Below are positions 58,399 through 64,000 of a stretch of DNA of 64,000 bases, in pieces. Source of the DNA: Nannocystales bacterium (lineage in GTDB: Bacteria > Myxococcota_A > Polyangia > Nannocystales > Nannocystaceae); NCBI GenBank assembly GCA_050633305.1, contig JBOEGF010000002.1, positions 153,624 to 217,623 of the forward strand, written 5' to 3'. Under the pieces are notes generated by a model. It had not been told where the DNA came from. It was given only the letters and a program-made list of their open reading frames with translations, and ran no database searches. Position 1 is the first letter of the stretch. Each line of letters opens with the position of its first letter. The position numbers and the translations under genes are program-made.

Positions 58399-60180
58399 AT
58401 GATGGGTAGACGGCTTGGTTGGCTGCTCGTGGCCCCTTTGCTGGGCTGTAGCTTCGAAGGCTTCACCGCCGCGGACACGGACACGGACACGGAGTCCGCC
58501 GCGGAAGAAGGCGGCGGCACGAGCGGCGAAGCCAGCACCGGCAGCGCCACCACCGCCGACTCCGACTCCGACTCCAACTCGGACAGCAGCGGCTCGGGCG
58601 GCACGCTCGACGTCTGCACGCAGCAGGGCGTCCCGGCGCAGTGGACCGAGGGCGAGCTCATCTCCCCGTGTGGTCGCATCAACCCCCTGGGGCTGCCTGA
58701 GGATCAGGTCGCCGCGTACGCCCAAGCCGGGCAGGGACACGCCAAGCAGTACCCGGTTGAGACCACGGGCATCTTGCTCCCCGAACGCCCCCTCCGGCTG
58801 CTGATCGAGGGCAACCCCAACGACCCGCTGCGACAGCTCATGTCCGAGTTGCTCCCGGCGTTCACGGGCCTGTCCTCGATGGAGGAGATCTACGAGCAGC
58901 TCGGGCTGGTCCGCTCCCCCGAAGGCGACTATTGGGGCGTCACGGTGATGAACACCGAACGTGGTGCCGGGCTCACGTTCAGCTGCGCCACCTGCCACTC
59001 GGGTCGCGTGTTCGACACGCCAACGATGGGCCTGTTCAACCGCCAGTCGACCGCGAACAACATGTTCGTCGTCTACAAGCCGATGTTCGAGGCTGTGGGA
59101 CCCACCGGGTTCGCCTTGGGCACCGGCGCGGACTCGGGGGAGACGGACTTGTGGCGCATGTCCCGAGACAACATCCGCTACGTGCGGAGCGTCGAGCCCC
59201 GTGTCCTTGGCCTCGACACCGCACTGGCCCACACGATCCTATCGCTGGGCACGCGCGAGCTCGACCCGTGGGCCACGCGGACCGAGGAGTCGTGGCAGAA
59301 TCCTCGTCCCAACGAACTCGAGGACTTCCCCAGCGACGTGAAGCCCGCCACCTGGTGGCTGACCAAGTACAAGAACAAGTTCTTCTCCGACGGTTCGCTC
59401 GTTAGTGGCAACCCGGTCTTGGGCGCGCTGCTGGTCAACGAGTTTGGGCGCGGGTCCGATCTTGTCGCCCTCGATGCTTGGATCATCGAGAACTGGGACA
59501 TCATCGAAGAGTTCACCACTGGCGTGTTCGCAACCGAGGCCCCAAGCTTCTTCGATCACTTCGAGCCCAGCGCCTTCGACATGGCAGCCGCAAAACGTGG
59601 AGAGCAGCTCTTCGTTGAAAACTGCGCGAAGTGCCACGGCACCTACGACAAGGGCTGGAACGAGCCCGACGCGGACGCGCTCTCGGTCCGCGAACAGCTC
59701 GAAACCTCACGCGTCGTGTACTTTGCGGACACCCCTATCCACGACGTTGGGACCGACCCGCACCGTCGCCAAAGCGTCGAGTTCATCCAGGACATCAACG
59801 ATCTTCAGCTCTCCGAGAAGTACGACCTCGTACTCACACCACAGGAGGGCTACGTGCCGCCTCCACTGGAGGGGATCTGGGCTCGCTGGCCCTACTTCCA
59901 CAACAACTCGGCGCCAAGCCTCTGTGCGGTCCTGACCCCGGCAGCCCAGCGACCCGAGGTGTATCAGTTCGGCCCCATCAACAATCAGGCGGCCGACTTC
60001 GACAGCGGCTGCAACGGCTACCCGCTGGCCGCCCCGCCCCACTTCGACCAGGTGTTCGACACCAGACTCCCCGGACTGTCGGCCATGGGACACGACGAGG
60101 GCATCTTCATGGACGGCGGAAAAGAGCGCTTCAGTGCCGAACAGAAGACCGATCTGATCCGGTTCCTTCAGACGCTCTAG
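58399..60180 (+). CDS. Di-haem cytochrome c lipoprotein, RoxA-like
   Basis: Lipobox LLGC; CATCH (58984) and CAKCH (59623); GTDPHR; GYVPPPLEGIWARWPYFHNNSAPSL. Confidence 0.82.
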   Translation: MMGRRLGWLLVAPLLGCSFEGFTAADTDTDTESAAEEGGGTSGEASTGSATTADSDSDSNSDSSGSGGTLDVCTQQGVPAQWTEGELISPCGRINPLGLPEDQVAAYAQAGQGHAKQYPVETTGILLPERPLRLLIEGNPNDPLRQLMSELLPAFTGLSSMEEIYEQLGLVRSPEGDYWGVTVMNTERGAGLTFSCATCHSGRVFDTPTMGLFNRQSTANNMFVVYKPMFEAVGPTGFALGTGADSGETDLWRMSRDNIRYVRSVEPRVLGLDTALAHTILSLGTRELDPWATRTEESWQNPRPNELEDFPSDVKPATWWLTKYKNKFFSDGSLVSGNPVLGALLVNEFGRGSDLVALDAWIIENWDIIEEFTTGVFATEAPSFFDHFEPSAFDMAAAKRGEQLFVENCAKCHGTYDKGWNEPDADALSVREQLETSRVVYFADTPIHDVGTDPHRRQSVEFIQDINDLQLSEKYDLVLTPQEGYVPPPLEGIWARWPYFHNNSAPSLCAVLTPAAQRPEVYQFGPINNQAADFDSGCNGYPLAAPPHFDQVFDTRLPGLSAMGHDEGIFMDGGKERFSAEQKTDLIRFLQTL

Positions 60181-60195
60181 CGATACTCTGCTGTC

Positions 60196-60849
60196 ATGCC
60201 GCTGAAGTCCGTCCGCGTGCCCGCGCCGTTCGAGGGACCGTTCGCCCAAGGCGAAGAGTTCGTCGAACGCCTGTTCTCCCAGGTCGACCGAAACCCCGAA
60301 CGGGGCACGGTGCACGTTGGCGGGGAGCGCTACGTCTTCATGCGTTGCGAGAGCTTGTTCGCGGCGTGGTTCTCCGCGTTGTCAGAGACGTTCGGTGAGG
60401 AGGCCGCCAGCCGCTTCATCTACAACACCGCACGTGAAATCGGCCGAAGCGACTCCGTCTCGTTCGCCGAACGCCAAGGTGTCGACGACCCGCTTTCTCG
60501 TCTCGCCTCCGGTCCCGTGCACTTCGCACACGCGGGCTGGGCGTTCGTCGAGATCCTGCCGGACGCCAACCCATCACCGGACGAGAACTTCTTCCTGCAC
60601 TACAACCACCCCAACACATTCGAGTCCGAGGTCCTGGCCAAACGTGGGGAGACTCGGAAGAACTGCGCATGCCTGTTCAGCGCGGGCTACTCGTCGGGCT
60701 GGTGTACCGAAGCCTTCGGCTTGGAGCTCCACGGCCGCGAGCTTCGGTGTCTGGCCAGAGGGGACGATCACTGCGAGTTCATCATGTGCCCCTCAGAGCG
60801 GCTCGACGAACAGGAGACGCGGGTCCGCGCCACATGGACGACTTCCTAA
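60196..60849 (+). CDS. Stand-alone XylR_N/V4R sensor protein
   Basis: GERYVFMR, HFAHAGWA, C...AGYSSGW, ELRCLARGDDHCEF. Confidence 0.85.
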   Translation: MPLKSVRVPAPFEGPFAQGEEFVERLFSQVDRNPERGTVHVGGERYVFMRCESLFAAWFSALSETFGEEAASRFIYNTAREIGRSDSVSFAERQGVDDPLSRLASGPVHFAHAGWAFVEILPDANPSPDENFFLHYNHPNTFESEVLAKRGETRKNCACLFSAGYSSGWCTEAFGLELHGRELRCLARGDDHCEFIMCPSERLDEQETRVRATWTTS

Positions 60850-61094
60850 GCCGACGCCCCGCCGGCATCGAGCTCAACGCGCTCTCCGAGAGTGTGTTCG
60901 ACATCCTCGTGAACTACACGGCCTTTCCTTGGCCGTTGCTGCAAACCCAGGCCAAACGCGTGGGCGCCGATCCTGCGGCACTGGGCCGCACCGACCTCGC
61001 CAGGCTGGTCAAGCCCCTGGCCCAGGGCGTGGCTCGGTTCAACACACCCAAAGCTGGGGTCCAAGTCCAGGTCGCACTCGAGCGACTCTTGTGA
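60834..61094 (+). CDS. Small helical hypothetical protein
   Basis: 86 aa, overlaps the V4R gene end by 16 nt, coding-like third positions. Confidence 0.65.
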   Translation: MDDFLSRRPAGIELNALSESVFDILVNYTAFPWPLLQTQAKRVGADPAALGRTDLARLVKPLAQGVARFNTPKAGVQVQVALERLL

Positions 61095-61154
61095 GGACTC
61101 CGGATGCTCTTCGCGAAGACGACCGTCTCCCCGCACGGGGCGACTCGCTTGTAA

Positions 61155-62054
61155 CTACGGCGTTTGAGCGAAGGCGGCCAACGCCGCGCGGGCGACGACT
61201 TCACCATCCTCCTGGACGAAGTGCCCGGCCTGCGGAAGCTCCATCGGCTCGGGGCATCGCGCGATCTTCGAGTGTAGCCAGCGCATGGCTGGCGGCCCCA
61301 ACACAGGGTCTTGCATGCCGATCGCCATGAAGCTCTCGCCTTTCCAGCGCTCCGAGAAAAACTCGACGGCCTGCCGCGATCGTGCGGCACCGTCCATGTC
61401 GGGCGTGATCGGAACGAGCGCGGGAAACCGACGGACGCCTGCCTTGCTTCGCGGCCCATCGAACGGCGCATCGTAGGCCGCGACCTCGTCGTCACTGAGT
61501 CCCGGCGCCGCCCGTTTCATCAAGGCGCCCACATCGAAGTCGGGTGTCGATGCGACGAAGTCCCGCCACTCCATGAAGCCCGGCCCTGGCTCGGCTCCCA
61601 CCGCGAGCGCCGTGTTCATCACGATCAACCGGTTGAATCGGTCGGGCATTTCCATCGGAATCGTCAAACCCAGAAGGCCACCCCAGTCCTGGCAAACCAG
61701 CGTGACGCGGCGCAGGTTCAGTCGCTCGATCGCTTGCAGGAGCGTGTCGCGGTGGAAGTCGAAGGTGTAGACGGAGTCATCGACGGGCTTGTCGGAGCGC
61801 CCAAACCCGAAGAAGTCCGGCGCCACGACACGCGCACCGGTCTCCAGGAACACGGGCAACATCTTTCGATACAGGTACGACCAGCTCGGCTCGCCATGCA
61901 GACACAGAAACGTGTGCTCCGCGTCGGTCGGGCCCTCGTCGAGGTAGTGCAGGCGTAGGGTCGGCGCAACGGCAAGCCCCTCCAAGTAGTTGGGCTCCCA
62001 CGCAAACCCCGGAAGGTCTGAGAAGCGCTCATCGGGGGTTCGAAATGCGTCCAC
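61155..62054 (-). CDS. Haloalkane dehalogenase (DhlA-like)
   Basis: RTPDERF, LHGEPSWSYLYR, GFGRSDKP, nucleophile QDWGG, GHFVQE. Confidence 0.93.
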   Translation of the reverse strand: MDAFRTPDERFSDLPGFAWEPNYLEGLAVAPTLRLHYLDEGPTDAEHTFLCLHGEPSWSYLYRKMLPVFLETGARVVAPDFFGFGRSDKPVDDSVYTFDFHRDTLLQAIERLNLRRVTLVCQDWGGLLGLTIPMEMPDRFNRLIVMNTALAVGAEPGPGFMEWRDFVASTPDFDVGALMKRAAPGLSDDEVAAYDAPFDGPRSKAGVRRFPALVPITPDMDGAARSRQAVEFFSERWKGESFMAIGMQDPVLGPPAMRWLHSKIARCPEPMELPQAGHFVQEDGEVVARAALAAFAQTP

Positions 62055-62165
62055 GGTGCATGCTACGCCGCTTCCTGGGACCGCGCGCGGCACATTGTCG
62101 CAGTCGGCGAACGACCCCGGTCGACCGGTCAGTTCCGCGTCGTCACCCGGCTAAGCTTCCCCGCG

Positions 62166-62999
62166 ATGGTCAAGATGAACGAAGAGCCCGAGACCTACTG
62201 GCGCGAACATGCCGGGCCGAAATGGGTCCGAGCACGGCACGCCGTGGACTACATCGTGTCCCCGATCACCGATCATCTCCTCGCTGTCGCCGATGCGAAG
62301 GAGGGCGAACGTGTCATCGACATCGGCTGCGGATGCGGAACGACAACCCTCGCGTTCGCCAAACAGGTCGGGCCCAGTGGCCACGTGCTCGGCGTGGACG
62401 TCTCGGACCCCATGCTCGAGGTGACCCGCAGCGCGGCCGCCGAGATCCCCCAGCTGGATGTCGCGCTTGCCGACGCTGGCAGCCACAGCTTCAGTCCCGA
62501 GGCCAACCTCCTGGCTTCGCGCTTCGGCGTGATGTTCTTCCCCGACCCGCCCGCCGCCTTCGCAAACATGCGATCGGCACTCGCACCCGGCGGACGTACG
62601 GCCCTCATCTGTTGGCAACCGATCGAACGTAACCCGTGGATCAGCCACATCATGCGGGCCTTCCCCGAAGCCGCACCCGCGATGCCAGACCCCGACGCGG
62701 GGCCGGGTCCATTCAGCCTCTCCGATCCCGAGCGCACCCGCGACCTCTTGACCACCGCGGGCTTCAAGGCGGTCGCCGTCGAGTCCTTCGAAACCACGGT
62801 CTCGTTGGGAGAGACCGCAGAGAAGGCGTTGGAAGCCATGACCGAGGTCGGTGGGTTCTCGCGCATGCTCGCCGAAGCCGAGAACGACGAGCATCGCGTG
62901 CGACTCAACGAACGAGCCCGCGCATTTCTCGACGACGAGTATCAAGGGGGTGCGCCGCAGCTAGACGCCGCGGTTTGGGTACTGCGGGCACGCACATAG
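62166..62999 (+). CDS. Class I SAM-dependent methyltransferase
   Basis: IDIGCGCG, GVDVS..ML, SRFGVMFF.DP. Confidence 0.92.
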   Translation: MVKMNEEPETYWREHAGPKWVRARHAVDYIVSPITDHLLAVADAKEGERVIDIGCGCGTTTLAFAKQVGPSGHVLGVDVSDPMLEVTRSAAAEIPQLDVALADAGSHSFSPEANLLASRFGVMFFPDPPAAFANMRSALAPGGRTALICWQPIERNPWISHIMRAFPEAAPAMPDPDAGPGPFSLSDPERTRDLLTTAGFKAVAVESFETTVSLGETAEKALEAMTEVGGFSRMLAEAENDEHRVRLNERARAFLDDEYQGGAPQLDAAVWVLRART

Positions 63000-63181
63000 G
63001 ACCCCAATCCCACACTCACACCATTGGACCTGCGGTCGCGGGTTCGACCGCACCCGGATCGGCGCTCGACCCGTCCGGTGCCCAGAGCGTAGACAAGCTC
63101 GCCCATTGATCGCCCGTATGTGTCGATCGGCCCCCCGATTGCCGCGCCCGGTCCCCATTGCTGCCCTACCCTGAAGTGGTG

Positions 63182-64000
63182 ATGGGATCGGTATTGCGCG
63201 CATCGGCGCTCGCGGCATGTGTCGCGGGACTGAGTTCGTGCAGCATCGCGCATGCTGAGGAACCCGTGGAGCTCTCGGAGCTCGAGGTCGCGGACCCCCC
63301 CATGATGCATGCCATGGGTGCGACGATTCCCTCGGCAACACGCCCGCACCTGAACCTGGACGCGGTCTGGTGGACCGTCCCTCGCAACGAATCGTTGAAG
63401 CGACTCGCCGATCGCTGGGGCGCCGACGACGACGAACTGCGGAAGCTCAACCCAACGCTCTCCGACGAGAAAGCTGAGAAAGGCGAACGCCTCGTCGTCT
63501 ATCGGCTCGAGCCCGGCACGGTGTCGCGCTCGGTCGGAGCCCCAAATCGCGGCCGCATTGAGAACTCCGCTCCCTTTCCAGACGGCGAGGGCTGGAACAT
63601 GCGCGGGTACCGTCCGCGGAGCTATGCCACGCGACAGACGGTCACCCAGCTTGCGACCTCGCTGGCCCTGTGGCGCGAACGCTATCCCGACGCCAACCCC
63701 GTCAAGCTCGGGGAGTTCTCCCGCCGTGGCGGCGGACGCGTTCGACCACACAAGTCGCACCGCACAGGCCGCGATGTCGATATTGGCTACGTCATGAACG
63801 AGCCCGATGAGGGACATCGGTTCGTCACCGTCAGCGACGACAACATGGATGCAGCCGCAACCTGGGGGTTGGTGCAACAGCTGGTGGCCGGCGATGCGGT
63901 CGAATCGATCTTCATGGCGGAGTCCGTGCAGGCACAGCTGATCCCGTTTGCGGCGCTGTCCCTGACCGAGGCCCAACAACGTGCCCTCTTCTCAACGCTC
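63182..64000 (+). CDS. LysM-containing penicillin-insensitive murein endopeptidase (MepA/M74 family), partial
   Basis: Not in the ORF track; open to the window end. Signal with Cys, LysM-like TV..NESL..LA.RWG....L.KLN, SVGAPNRG, HKSHRTGRDVDIGY. Confidence 0.85.
   Translation, partial: MGSVLRASALAACVAGLSSCSIAHAEEPVELSELEVADPPMMHAMGATIPSATRPHLNLDAVWWTVPRNESLKRLADRWGADDDELRKLNPTLSDEKAEKGERLVVYRLEPGTVSRSVGAPNRGRIENSAPFPDGEGWNMRGYRPRSYATRQTVTQLATSLALWRERYPDANPVKLGEFSRRGGGRVRPHKSHRTGRDVDIGYVMNEPDEGHRFVTVSDDNMDAAATWGLVQQLVAGDAVESIFMAESVQAQLIPFAALSLTEAQQRALFSTL

Overview
GC-rich chromosomal window with about 60 CDSs, one tRNA-Ser(TGA) and no rRNA, CRISPR array, integrase or intact IS. The gene repertoire (Ser/Thr kinase-TPR fusion, many lipoproteins with acidic Ser/Thr/Asp linkers, IgGFc-binding and Cys-rich repeat proteins) suggests a myxobacterium, probably Nannocystaceae-like (inference). 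Recognisable modules: cysH-cysG; an ABC exporter; two operons with CheW-less CheA-like (class III) histidine kinases paired with soluble FIST or tandem-V4R sensors; ada/alkA-ogt; AhpD/CMD with an ECF41 sigma factor; a sulfatase; hen1-pnkp RNA repair and an Rpn nuclease next to the tRNA; M50 protease with a DAACS transporter; MetOD1-PAS kinase with a divergent receiver; RNase Z; a RoxA-like di-haem protein; haloalkane dehalogenase; LysM-MepA. The most notable unexplained signals are: (i) a shared sigma28-like promoter plus an AATCTGAAC box upstream of both class III kinase operons; (ii) a widespread TAnnnT-N5-8-start (leaderless-type) gene architecture; (iii) a consensus sigma70 promoter driving a highly pairable ~160-nt leader; (iv) a cluster of long perfect inverted repeats between rpn and the tRNA. 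All product calls come from motifs read by eye, with no database search. Start codons were re-picked manually and some are uncertain.
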